Part shown: one piece after another, positions 24,467-33,280 of the stretch | Position numbering within the stretch: the first letter of the stretch is position 1 | How the letters are laid out: each line of letters starts with the position of its first letter | Source of the DNA: a virus | DNA length: 35,862 nucleotides | Virus record (IMG/VR): IMGVR_UViG_3300047496_000075 | Span: 1-35,862 of that record | Strand: one strand, 5' to 3' | Made by a program: the position numbers and the translations under genes | The notes under the pieces: model-generated | Databases searched by the model: none | What the model was told of the DNA's origin: nothing | What the model saw: only the letters and a program-made list of their open reading frames with translations

Positions 24467-26728
24467 TTACTGAAGTCTATATGATGTACTGGTTGCGGAA
24501 ATCACTATTGCGTGAAGTTGGAAATCAGCGATGCGAACTAATTCATCCACCATCTGAGCATCATTTTGGGTCAATTGAAATTGTATATATTCCCCTTCTG
24601 CTTGGAAATAAACAGGATGCCAAAGTCTTTCTTGTTGTGCTTCATATGGCACTGTAGGATATGCTGATGTCTCAAGAACACTAGTCCCAAGCAATGCTCC
24701 GCCGCTATCAGGTATTAATGGAACAACTGAAGAAGATGTATACATATCTACTATAACTTGGCCACCCGCAGTCTTATCAACCAAGAAATCAACTTTCTGT
24801 ATTGCCGCATTTCTGCCTTGTTGTGCATAGAAGTTATAAGCCTTAGTATATATATTGAGCTGACTAACTCTAGATATAGTTCCATTACCTCTATAAGTTC
24901 CAGCTAATATAGTTCCTATTGCATCTGTATATATAAATGAGAATGTATTTGCTGTTACAGGATTGGTGAATGTATCTATAACCTTAAACGTTCTGTCATT
25001 TAATAAAGTTAAGTTTCCAGTTGATACAATGTCTATAAAGTGAACAAATTGCCCACCCCTTAAGTTATGATTTATTGCAGTTATAGTAACTATATTAGTA
25101 ACCACTGTAATATTTGTGACTTGTAGAACTGGGGCATTAGTCCATTCATCTGCATCCACTATAAATGTATAACCTTCTTGATTACCACCAACAACTTGTC
25201 TAAATTGTGCTATTCCAGGGCCACTACCCCACACTAATGAACTTGACCATGTAATAGTAGTTGAACTCCATAAAACTCCTGTTTGTGGTTGGAAATAACC
25301 AAAACATGTTATAGAGTCTTCATTTATTCCCCAGGTGCCTGTCTTGTAGTTGTAAACTAGAACTCTACTTGGAAAAGGAAACGTAGCGCTATCTCCTGCA
25401 TCAGGATAGGTCCAGTATAACATCTCAACATAGTAATCTCTTATGCCATAAACTCTTATTATACCATTGTCATCATTGTGTATTGAGAAAACTAAGTCTG
25501 GAATAGAAGTATCTATTCTTTCAACATTTGATCCATTACAAGCCATAATTCCGACATTTCCGACCCCTATAGCAACTTTATCGAAAGGAACAATGGAGAA
25601 TGTGGATTCTGCACCCAACTCTGTATTTATTTGTTGCCAATTAAATGGATATGCTTGGTTTCCAGTGTAAACAAGTTCCCAAGTACTACGCTCAAAAAAT
25701 ACAATAAGACGATCTTTTACAAATTCTACTGTAACTATAGCTTCAGTGGTTGGGGCATCTATAGCATTTCCTTTTCCAGGAATATCTTGCCGCCAACCAT
25801 TAACTAGATCAGTAGGGTCGCCTATTTGTGAATATCTAACTCTATTTTGGTAATTAGTTCCAGGATTTGCTGCACCTTCCCATGTATTAAAGGCCAATAA
25901 TCTATTCTTAAAGGGCACTAATATCTGAGCTTGAAATAGATATTCTGGAACTGCATTTATTTGGGGCCTAAATTCAGTCCAATTTAATGCTGCGGTTAAA
26001 TATCTCATATTAAATGGATGATTAACTGCTACGAATTCACCGTTATTGAAGTTTGTGACAAAAAATATTTTATCTGAGGCGTTAGCTCCAGTCCAAGTTG
26101 TTCCCCAAAAGAACTGTGAATCACTACCAAGCCAATAAGCCGCATTGGGAGTTGTCTCGCCATTTAATCTTTCCCAGCCACCATTAAGATATTGATATGA
26201 AAATCTTGTATCAAACGCATAAGTGGGCTCATTGTTTCTATTTGCAACTTCAGCAGACAATAGTCCCATCACTGGCAATGCAGGATAGTAATATAGATCA
26301 TCAGTAGTTGATGCGCCATTTATTATTACTTGACCAGTAGTTGTATCAAAAGTAGCTAGAGTTGCAGTTCCAGAGATCAACATTGCTCCAGGATTACCTA
26401 AAGCAACAACTGTGAATACTTGAGCTCCCACTGAAAACATTTGTCCTATTGCTGGCGTTGCTATTGGAAGGTTAGTAACCGTGTTTCTAGGGACAAATGC
26501 ATTGAAATTACCAGTACCTGTTGATGCAGCTATATCTATTCTTAGCCTGGATCCTAATTGAGTATTTGATAACCATCTTGATCCAAATCTCTTTCTAACT
26601 CGACCACGAAAAATATAAGCGTTAGTTAATTCACTGAACGCATCTTCTGGAATGACAAAGGGCTTAACATCCTGTCTTAATCCAGAATTTTTATCATAGG
26701 GCCCGATATAGAAACGATCCATTGGCAT
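24467..26728 (-). CDS. Large tail protein, possibly tail tubular B/nozzle-like
   Basis: 753 aa, the largest structural ORF after the fibers. The call rests on position and size only. Confidence 0.5.
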   Translation of the reverse strand: MPMDRFYIGPYDKNSGLRQDVKPFVIPEDAFSELTNAYIFRGRVRKRFGSRWLSNTQLGSRLRIDIAASTGTGNFNAFVPRNTVTNLPIATPAIGQMFSVGAQVFTVVALGNPGAMLISGTATLATFDTTTGQVIINGASTTDDLYYYPALPVMGLLSAEVANRNNEPTYAFDTRFSYQYLNGGWERLNGETTPNAAYWLGSDSQFFWGTTWTGANASDKIFFVTNFNNGEFVAVNHPFNMRYLTAALNWTEFRPQINAVPEYLFQAQILVPFKNRLLAFNTWEGAANPGTNYQNRVRYSQIGDPTDLVNGWRQDIPGKGNAIDAPTTEAIVTVEFVKDRLIVFFERSTWELVYTGNQAYPFNWQQINTELGAESTFSIVPFDKVAIGVGNVGIMACNGSNVERIDTSIPDLVFSIHNDDNGIIRVYGIRDYYVEMLYWTYPDAGDSATFPFPSRVLVYNYKTGTWGINEDSITCFGYFQPQTGVLWSSTTITWSSSLVWGSGPGIAQFRQVVGGNQEGYTFIVDADEWTNAPVLQVTNITVVTNIVTITAINHNLRGGQFVHFIDIVSTGNLTLLNDRTFKVIDTFTNPVTANTFSFIYTDAIGTILAGTYRGNGTISRVSQLNIYTKAYNFYAQQGRNAAIQKVDFLVDKTAGGQVIVDMYTSSSVVPLIPDSGGALLGTSVLETSAYPTVPYEAQQERLWHPVYFQAEGEYIQFQLTQNDAQMVDELVRIADFQLHAIVISATSTSYRLQ

Positions 26729-26732
26729 AGCA

Positions 26733-27371
26733 TTAAACCCCTACAGCAAACCAATAAAATGGCCCATTAAATGTTCCAACTATGGCTCCTATTGATCTGT
26801 TAAATATTCTAAAACTATTGGCAGTTACCAAATCTACTTGAGGTGCCGCAGATCCATCAGCGGTACCTACATTTGAGGTTACTGTAACACTATAGCATGT
26901 TCCACCAGTAGCGGGTTGATTAAAAATAGAAACACCACCCAATAAAGGAAAGGTTATAACTGCCGCAGTATTTCCATTGATAGGAGCGGTACGCCCCCAA
27001 GCTATTTTTATTCCACTAGGAAGAATAGTCCATCCATTTTGTGCATATAAAGCCTCAGTAAACGCATTCGATCTAGCAGTTAGTGGAACACCTGCTGCAG
27101 CTCCAAGTTGCTTCAATGCAACAAGCTCAGGTTGAGCACCATCAACACCATTATTTAAACTCTGGCAACTTATTATATTTGTTCCGGCGACAGCCAATGG
27201 CGCTGCTAATACTGGAAAGGTTGCCTTGGTATGAAATCCCGTATTTGCACCACTATTAAATTGTCCGTGATCTATTCCAAATTGAAGATTTATATCTATG
27301 AAATTTTGCCTAATTGGATTCTGAGACACCGCAAGTGTCTGCGTGGCTAAAGGTACATCACTTAATGCCAT
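26733..27371 (-). CDS. Virion protein (212 aa)
   Basis: ORF track. Confidence 0.55.
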   Translation of the reverse strand: MALSDVPLATQTLAVSQNPIRQNFIDINLQFGIDHGQFNSGANTGFHTKATFPVLAAPLAVAGTNIISCQSLNNGVDGAQPELVALKQLGAAAGVPLTARSNAFTEALYAQNGWTILPSGIKIAWGRTAPINGNTAAVITFPLLGGVSIFNQPATGGTCYSVTVTSNVGTADGSAAPQVDLVTANSFRIFNRSIGAIVGTFNGPFYWFAVGV

Positions 27372-27383
27372 ACTATTATCTCC

Positions 27384-28433
27384 TTAAAAGTTACCACCAC
27401 CCCAACTCCAACCATTACCACTAGCACCCAATCCGGTACTTTCGGTATATATTGTAGCGACGCGTTCTTTTGTATATGTAACTATTGTTTTTCTTAAAAC
27501 TAGTGTTTCTTGTACTTTAAATTCCGGCATAATTAATTGCACGCTATCTAAATCCATTCTGTCTTCAAATATTTTTTTTGCGCAGCCATATGCAATGTAC
27601 TGCCAGAATTGCTCTAGATCTGGACTTTCCCCAGCCATTATCTCTGTAGGTCTAATATAAACTTCCAAATTAACCCTATATGACTGATCTGGAACGGGCC
27701 TTAAAATAAACTTATTATCGTAATAACATATTGCCTGAGGCAATGCTGCCACATATGGCACCGTTTCACTATTTATAGCCTGACCCGCAGCCGGAGCAGT
27801 AGGGAATGTAACTGTAAATTCTCCCGTAACATAATTTATAAAATTATTTAGATCAGGAGCGAAATTATCTGGCGCATCATAAGCTATTAAATTTCCTATA
27901 AGACTAGAAAGTGGCAAATCACGCATAGCTAAAGCATTATTATTGGCATCAATAGAGCTAAATAGTACTTGATTTTGTAATATTGGAGTATTAGTGATAT
28001 TTGGAAAGGGCGCATTAGCGTTGTTTACCGTTCCACTAAATTGAGTCGTGACCCCATCACCAGCAGTTCCTATGGAAGCAATATTATTAACCATTGGGTA
28101 TATACCAAAAAACTGTTGTCTGGATTGAGAAAACAATGCTGGATACCCTGCAATATATGCTGGTTCATGGACTGTGATATATTTGTTTTTAAAGTTATAA
28201 AATGGATCATCAACATTAGTTGTTGTAGTTTCATATACATCTATATTTGGTTGTGTGAAAAATGTAAATGTGTCCCTATAATCAAATAATCTTAAGTGTT
28301 CTGGGAAATCATAAAATACAAATGTATTTATATAGTTATTTAATTCAGCAGTGCTCAGTTGGGCCTCTGTAGGACTTCTTGTGAGCCTACGGACCTTGTT
28401 TTGTATTGCTGTTAATGTTGAATCTGGTGGCAT
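27384..28433 (-). CDS. Virion protein (349 aa), possibly adaptor/tail tubular A-like
   Basis: ORF track; the call rests on position only. Confidence 0.45.
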   Translation of the reverse strand: MPPDSTLTAIQNKVRRLTRSPTEAQLSTAELNNYINTFVFYDFPEHLRLFDYRDTFTFFTQPNIDVYETTTTNVDDPFYNFKNKYITVHEPAYIAGYPALFSQSRQQFFGIYPMVNNIASIGTAGDGVTTQFSGTVNNANAPFPNITNTPILQNQVLFSSIDANNNALAMRDLPLSSLIGNLIAYDAPDNFAPDLNNFINYVTGEFTVTFPTAPAAGQAINSETVPYVAALPQAICYYDNKFILRPVPDQSYRVNLEVYIRPTEIMAGESPDLEQFWQYIAYGCAKKIFEDRMDLDSVQLIMPEFKVQETLVLRKTIVTYTKERVATIYTESTGLGASGNGWSWGGGNF

Positions 28434-28472
28434 ACTAACTCCTATTTATTATATCATATTAGCGCTATAAAC

Positions 28473-28832
28473 CTACAGGGGCAACACATTTCTTGTCGCC
28501 TGATTTAATTGCGAATTTACTTCACCAACTGGCACTACTTGGGGTAATTGAGCCATCTCTCTATAGGTAGTAGGAGTAGTTAATGAATCGTAGTAAGTAG
28601 TATTGATATCTATATCAAAAGTAGTTGTGCCCGTAACAACAATTGTACCAACTTGCTGATTAATTTGTTGCATTCCATATCCTGGTGGTATATCTATTCT
28701 AACTATCAATCCCGACTTATAATTGTGAGCAAAACTAGTAGTAACGGATGCCGGGAAAGAACGAGTTATAGCTGTAACTATTCTCATCGCAGGCTGAAAT
28801 ACTGGTGATACAATTGCTGATATTGGGCACAT
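28473..28832 (-). CDS. Small virion protein carrying the shared H-N-x-x-x-G...V-x-(I/F)...G(M)..(L/I)N beta-barrel-like module
   Basis: FAHNYKSGLIVRIDIPPGYGMQQINQQVGTIVVTGTTTFDIDINTT. Confidence 0.55.
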   Translation of the reverse strand: MCPISAIVSPVFQPAMRIVTAITRSFPASVTTSFAHNYKSGLIVRIDIPPGYGMQQINQQVGTIVVTGTTTFDIDINTTYYDSLTTPTTYREMAQLPQVVPVGEVNSQLNQATRNVLPL

Positions 28833-28833
28833 A

Positions 28834-29253
28834 TTATACTCTAGGTAAATATTCTACTGTTAATAAACCAACATCCGGAGTTAGATCTTCGATATCAACG
28901 AATTCTAAGCTCTGAAAGCTGCAACGCCTTACTTTTTGACCTATTTTCATAGCAGGACGGCCATTCTCATCAACTGCATGAGTATGCACTGGAATGAAGC
29001 AATTCTTATTTAAGTGAACCGCAACACCAAGAGGCAATGTATAGATTTCTCCGTCCATAAGATCGAATCTTTCTACCGGATCTTCTTTCCACTTCTTGAA
29101 GACAAATGACATCATACCACCTGGAACCTCATGGAATATAAATTTACCACGCACCATTTCTCTATCTTTGTCTCTCAGATATTTATAGTTTGGCTTTGGC
29201 TTAGCTGTTGATACTGGTATTTGTGTTTCTTTTTGAGCTTTTTGTGCTTGCAT
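28834..29253 (-). CDS. Hypothetical virion-module protein (139 aa)
   Basis: ORF track. Confidence 0.55.
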   Translation of the reverse strand: MQAQKAQKETQIPVSTAKPKPNYKYLRDKDREMVRGKFIFHEVPGGMMSFVFKKWKEDPVERFDLMDGEIYTLPLGVAVHLNKNCFIPVHTHAVDENGRPAMKIGQKVRRCSFQSLEFVDIEDLTPDVGLLTVEYLPRV

Positions 29254-29271
29254 AGTTTTCCTTTATAAAGA

Positions 29272-29294
29272 GGGTGGGAGTAAACCCCCCACCC
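29272..29294 (-). terminator. GC-rich hairpin GGGTGGG...CCCACCC followed (minus strand) by UCUUUAU
   Basis: Read directly; lies between the 386-aa and 139-aa genes. Confidence 0.45.
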
Positions 29295-29303
29295 AATGGT
29301 TTA

Positions 29304-30464
29304 TTATAGACCGCCGTAAGTAGATTTACCCGCTACCCAATATATGGTATCTGCTACAGAACTAGTTGTAGTTCCGGCAGGTCCAATTATTGGTGTTCCA
29401 GATAATAATCCATTACCACCTGACCCTAAAATCATTCCTAAGTAACCAGCGTTAACAGTTGAATCAGATAAAATACCTGTGTTGGTACTAAATATCTGTA
29501 ATCCACCATTTAAAGGAACTTGAGGATTTAGATTTACTAAAGCATTGGCAGTATCTTCACCCACTGGATTAAAGTGAGGGAAAGAAGATGGCTGTTGTGC
29601 AATAGTAGGCCATGCAAATGCTGTGTAAGCACTTGTATCTATATTAATTACAAAGTTATAAGCATCAGTAACACTTAATACTGTCGCAGTTTGACCATTC
29701 AATTGAGTCATGCCGGTTACCGGAACTAAGTTAGGTATTTCAAACCTAATTAGTTGGCCAGCGCATAGATTATGTTCAACTGAAGTAGAAACTGTTGGAG
29801 TAGTTGCTTGTGTAACTTTAACTACATAACGACGACGAGGATAGAATAGAGGATTGGTATTAACAATTCTATAGAATCCAGCGCCACCTATTGCTCCAGG
29901 AGCAGTAGCTAATACGTTAGTAGCTGTTAATAAAGTAAAGCTAGTGTTAGCAGTAACTGCACCAACTACCATGTCAATACCATTAACATCTGTTTGGGCA
30001 GTATTACTCATACGAACAACTGTACCAACAGATATACCTGTAGTATCTCCAGTGCTAACAACAGGCTGTGTAGCATTAGTAGAAGCAGTTGTTGCAACAG
30101 CAGCTCCTAATATTGGTTGCGCACCTAGTGTTTGCCCGGATGGATCATAAAGCGTAAATCCACCGGATTGTAATGTATCAAATCCAACTGAAGGAGTGTT
30201 TGTGGCATTGCGATATTTTACAATACCGGTACCCACAGCCATTCCACGTTGCCAATAGAATTCAGCACCAATTGCGGCATTACCTGTGCCTTGGAATGTA
30301 GCGGTACTTGTACCTGCTTTTCCAAATTGAGTATAGTTGTACACCTTCAACCAATCAGCACCAGAAGGTATCTGAATGATTGTAGGAGCTGCAGCAGTTA
30401 TAGTTCCAGTAGCATTCACTAGATTAGCTAGAAAACTACCTTGTCCGATTATAGTTCCGTCCAT
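29304..30464 (-). CDS. Capsid-associated protein (386 aa) with two copies of the shared beta-barrel-like module
   Basis: Start moved to the ATG at 30464, which is preceded by an AGGAG overlapping the capsid stop. Modules are GISVGTVVRMSN..VNGIDMVVGAV and HNLCAGQLIRFEIPN..GMTQLNGQTATVLSV. Confidence 0.6.
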   Translation of the reverse strand: MDGTIIGQGSFLANLVNATGTITAAAPTIIQIPSGADWLKVYNYTQFGKAGTSTATFQGTGNAAIGAEFYWQRGMAVGTGIVKYRNATNTPSVGFDTLQSGGFTLYDPSGQTLGAQPILGAAVATTASTNATQPVVSTGDTTGISVGTVVRMSNTAQTDVNGIDMVVGAVTANTSFTLLTATNVLATAPGAIGGAGFYRIVNTNPLFYPRRRYVVKVTQATTPTVSTSVEHNLCAGQLIRFEIPNLVPVTGMTQLNGQTATVLSVTDAYNFVINIDTSAYTAFAWPTIAQQPSSFPHFNPVGEDTANALVNLNPQVPLNGGLQIFSTNTGILSDSTVNAGYLGMILGSGGNGLLSGTPIIGPAGTTTSSVADTIYWVAGKSTYGGL

Positions 30465-30472
30465 TGTATCTC

Positions 30473-30988
30473 CTAAGCTAATGTAGCGCGTAAATTGATT
30501 ACCCAAAGGTCATTAGTGATCCTTGGAACTTCCGCAAATTTATAACCAACTGAAGCATTTAATGCTAAAGGTCCGTCATATATTGGTGGTCTATATATAA
30601 AAGACGCACTGTATCCGTCTTGTTCTATACAAGCATAAGCTTCCATACCAACGCAGAATATATTGTATACTGTTGCGCCTAATGAAGAAGCATTTAAACT
30701 TGTTGAACCAATACTGGAAATCAAGAATCTCAAGTTGCCAATAGCACCCCATTCTGAACGCAAGGCATTCATAGGAGCTGGATATTGGTTCTTTTGAATG
30801 AATCCAGCAACGTTATCCAAGTTTCCGGTTAAGTTTGTTGAACATAATGCAAAATATGCATCACGAACAGGCGCTGTACCGAATTTATCTTCACCTTCAA
30901 TGTTATCCATGATTGTATATGCATTATTATTCAATAAAGCACGAACAACTGTATCAACATCGGTTCTGGTTATTTCTGTAGGAACGTC
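30473..30988 (-). CDS. Major capsid protein, exon 4 (DVPTEITRTD...RATLA*)
   Basis: In frame with exon 3 once intron 3 is removed. The C-terminal pattern resembles HK97-fold capsid proteins of the N4 gp56 type. Confidence 0.75.
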   Translation of the reverse strand, partial: DVPTEITRTDVDTVVRALLNNNAYTIMDNIEGEDKFGTAPVRDAYFALCSTNLTGNLDNVAGFIQKNQYPAPMNALRSEWGAIGNLRFLISSIGSTSLNASSLGATVYNIFCVGMEAYACIEQDGYSASFIYRPPIYDGPLALNASVGYKFAEVPRITNDLWVINLRATLA

Positions 30989-31002
30989 CAATCTATTACT
31001 TT

Positions 31003-31031
31003 TTGACTTAAATTTATATATTTGTTATCAT
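31003..31031 (+). promoter_or_regulatory. Sigma70-like promoter TTGACT-17 nt-TATCAT, ending 6 nt (31032..31037) before the LAGLIDADG ATG
   Basis: Read directly. There is no Shine-Dalgarno between the -10 and the ATG, which suggests a leaderless mRNA. Confidence 0.35.
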
Positions 31032-31037
31032 ATAATT

Positions 31038-31955
31038 ATGAAACAAATTACTACAAATACCGATCTTGCATATTTCGCTGGTTACATTGATGGAGATGGA
31101 TGTTTTTATATTGGTAAATATATCGATAAGAAAACCAAGCGCATTAAATATCAATCCAGACTTATTATATCTTCTACAAATAGAGATATTTTTAAGCATT
31201 TTAAAACTTTGTATGGTGGAATTATTAGAATGTCCGATAATAGGATTAAATATCCAGGACAAAAACCACAATATCAATTTATAATTTCTGGAAATTCTGC
31301 TAGTAAAATTACTGATAAAATAACAAATATTTTGCATGAAAAACGATTCCAGGCCGACTTTTTTGTAAAGTTTAGCAATACAAAAAGCAAATCCCAAAAA
31401 GATTATTTTATTGATCTTTTTCATGATATTAAAGAACATTTTTATGTTTCTAAAGATAGAATATATCTTATTAAGAACGGTTCTTATCGCATAACTCCCA
31501 AAGAAGAAGACTATGCCTATCTTGCTGGATTTATAGATGCTGAATGCTCTTTGGGTATACAACATTATAAACCGAAAAATAAACCCAATCAGGTTTATAA
31601 AATTTACCTGAAATGCAATAACACTCAATCTCCAATTTTTCATTGGCTTTACGAAAGATTCGGTGGTCAGTTGCAATTTATAAATCGAAACAATAAAAAT
31701 ATTAATCATAAAGACCAGATAATGTGGACCCTCAGCGGAAAAGCTCTTTCTCAAATACTTCCATACATTTTTAAATATATCCAATATAAAAAACCAGTTT
31801 GCGAACAACTCATGAAATTCGATGCCACTACTCTTAAAAATGGCGGCGCAAGACACACGGAAAAATTCCGGGAATCCTATGCTAAAATTATTAAAGAGCG
31901 AGAATTGATTATTCATGAAGTCCATCGTCTCAACAAAAAAGGTATTCCAATTTAA
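31038..31955 (+). CDS. Double-motif LAGLIDADG homing endonuclease (305 aa)
   Basis: LAYFAGYIDGDGCF and YAYLAGFIDAECSL motifs. The start is set at the first Met after the antisense capsid exon. Confidence 0.85.
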   Translation: MKQITTNTDLAYFAGYIDGDGCFYIGKYIDKKTKRIKYQSRLIISSTNRDIFKHFKTLYGGIIRMSDNRIKYPGQKPQYQFIISGNSASKITDKITNILHEKRFQADFFVKFSNTKSKSQKDYFIDLFHDIKEHFYVSKDRIYLIKNGSYRITPKEEDYAYLAGFIDAECSLGIQHYKPKNKPNQVYKIYLKCNNTQSPIFHWLYERFGGQLQFINRNNKNINHKDQIMWTLSGKALSQILPYIFKYIQYKKPVCEQLMKFDATTLKNGGARHTEKFRESYAKIIKERELIIHEVHRLNKKGIPI

Positions 31956-32138
31956 GCGGGTAGTCATTTCTGCTACCTCTCATACTTATCGCATGAGGCT
32001 CGACTATCGCATCCTCAATAGAGGTCTTCTTGTTTAGTCTGTCAGGCTGTATTTAAACTTGCCCCTTGTTGCCGGTTAGCTTATTGCCACTTCGGGTTCC
32101 AAGTCAATTAAAGAAGATTTTAAAACGGCAACATTTCT

Positions 32139-32417
32139 ACCGTTTACACCACCGGTGCAATTTATAAACGCAGCAGTAGCGGCCAACATGTCTCTTGTTA
32201 ACTGATCCTCTGTTTGTCTTAAACTTACACCTAATCTAGCCGCACATTCATTAAGAACAGGGTCTTGGTTTTGCAGGGTTACTTGTTCATTCAATTGAAC
32301 GTATGTCCCATAAAAACTAATTTTAGCATCAATATCAACAGCTGTTAAATTCTGAGCAGGAGGAGTTACACCAGTATTACCTAGAGGCACCATTGCTGTA
32401 TTTAACGGGTTATATCT
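32139..32417 (-). CDS. Major capsid protein, exon 3 (RYNPLNTAMVPLGNTGVTPP...CTGGVNG)
   Basis: 93 codons; boundaries fixed by the P1 helix and the terminal G of intron 2. Confidence 0.75.
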
Positions 32418-32810
32418 CATTTTTTGTTACTATTTGAAATTTATTCAAACGGGAATGCCTATTGCACATTCCTCACTGTGTTTCCACAATGTTCAGAGCA
32501 CCGCATCACTTTTCAGTGTTTTCTCGCTTGCTACGTTCAGGCTGATCGGGTATTAATTTAGTCCATGAATTATTTTTATATTTTTTCATCCAAATAGTAT
32601 CGCTATCAGTATTTATCCAAAATGCTGTATCTACTAAATCCAATTTATCATTTGAATTTGGATTTCTTTTGGATATTATCGTATTACTTGGAATATAATC
32701 ACATTTTTTATTAAACCAATTAATCATAATCTTGCCCCTTGTTGTCTACGACTTTACGTTTAGAGTTCCAAGTCTATCAGAGAAAATTTTAAATGCGCAG
32801 ATTTTTGTTT
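32418..32810 (-). mobile_element. Group I intron 2 of the capsid gene (393 nt)
   Basis: P1 pairs AAUGCGU (32817..32811) with GCGCAUU (32798..32792), ending in U.G. The intron ends ...AAAAUG. It shares 65-nt and 60-nt blocks identically with intron 1. Confidence 0.72.
32506..32727 (-). CDS. Intron 2 ORF (73 aa), no recognisable endonuclease motif
   Basis: Starts 7 nt after the AAGGGG of the intron core. The last 12 codons (QPERSKRENTEK) are encoded by conserved intron core sequence. Confidence 0.5.
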   Translation of the reverse strand: MINWFNKKCDYIPSNTIISKRNPNSNDKLDLVDTAFWINTDSDTIWMKKYKNNSWTKLIPDQPERSKRENTEK

Positions 32811-32927
32811 ACGCATTCTTAAAGTTGTTCCACCATTCCTTGGCATGTTTTTTTTCATAGCCGGAATTTTGTGGATCATATTAGGAACCGGGACTGATAA
32901 AAGCTTATAACTAAAGCTTTGTTGTAC
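32811..32927 (-). CDS. Major capsid protein, exon 2 (VQQSFSYKLL...GGTTLRMR)
   Basis: 39 codons found by manual translation between introns 1 and 2. Confidence 0.7.
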
Positions 32928-33280
32928 CATTCTGTTACTTTTGTGACCTATTTCTAGGCGAGGAAGCCTATTGCACTTCCCTCATTGCATTTCTACAATG
33001 TTCAGAGCACCGCATCACTTTTCAGTGTTTTCTCGCTTGCTACGTTCAGGCTGAAGAAAATCATTTAAAAATGCTTTATAATCAACTTGATATAATCCCT
33101 CACAGAATTCGCAAACAATATGATGATAATCATCTATATTAAATGCCTTTCCGTCTACAAAATATACCTTATCACATCGTTCACATTTATATTGATTCAT
33201 AATCTTGCCCCTTGTTGTCTACGACTTTACGTTTAGAGTTCCAAGTCTATCAGAGAAAATTTAACGCGCCCATACATTTT
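32928..33280 (-). mobile_element. Group I intron 1 of the capsid gene (353 nt)
   Basis: P1 pairs GCGCCU (33286..33281) with GGGCGC (33271..33266), ending in U.G. The intron ends ...AGAAUG. Confidence 0.7.
33015..33200 (-). CDS. Intron 1 ORF (61 aa), zinc-ribbon-like (CERC...CEFC)
   Basis: Same insertion point and same 12-aa C-terminal tail as the intron 2 ORF. Confidence 0.5.
   Translation of the reverse strand: MNQYKCERCDKVYFVDGKAFNIDDYHHIVCEFCEGLYQVDYKAFLNDFLQPERSKRENTEK

Larger units (their letters stand above)
30989..32138 (-). mobile_element. Group I intron 3 of the capsid gene (1150 nt), carrying an antisense LAGLIDADG gene
   Basis: P1 pairs AAACGGU (32145..32139) with GCCGUUU (32129..32123), ending in U.G. 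The intron ends ...AGAUUG. Its 5' core is shared with introns 1 and 2 (UUGGAAC, CAACAAGGGGCAAG, CAGCCUGA). Confidence 0.7.

Noticed and set aside
30798-31037. N-terminal 80 codons of plus-strand ORF 30798..31955
   Set aside because: This part is antisense to capsid exon 4 and has no start context. The LAGLIDADG protein most plausibly starts at the ATG at 31038.
32076-32138. C-terminal tail (RNVAVLKSSLIDLEPEVAIS) of ORF 32076..32420
   Set aside because: It is read-through into intron 3. It includes the P1 guide sequence and the conserved 5' core, and it is not part of the capsid protein.
32449-33262. Repeated 60-65-nt blocks as a possible CRISPR array or other tandem repeat
   Set aside because: There are only two copies of each block, with ORFs and capsid exon 2 (32811..32927) between them. 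They are the conserved cores of two sibling group I introns.
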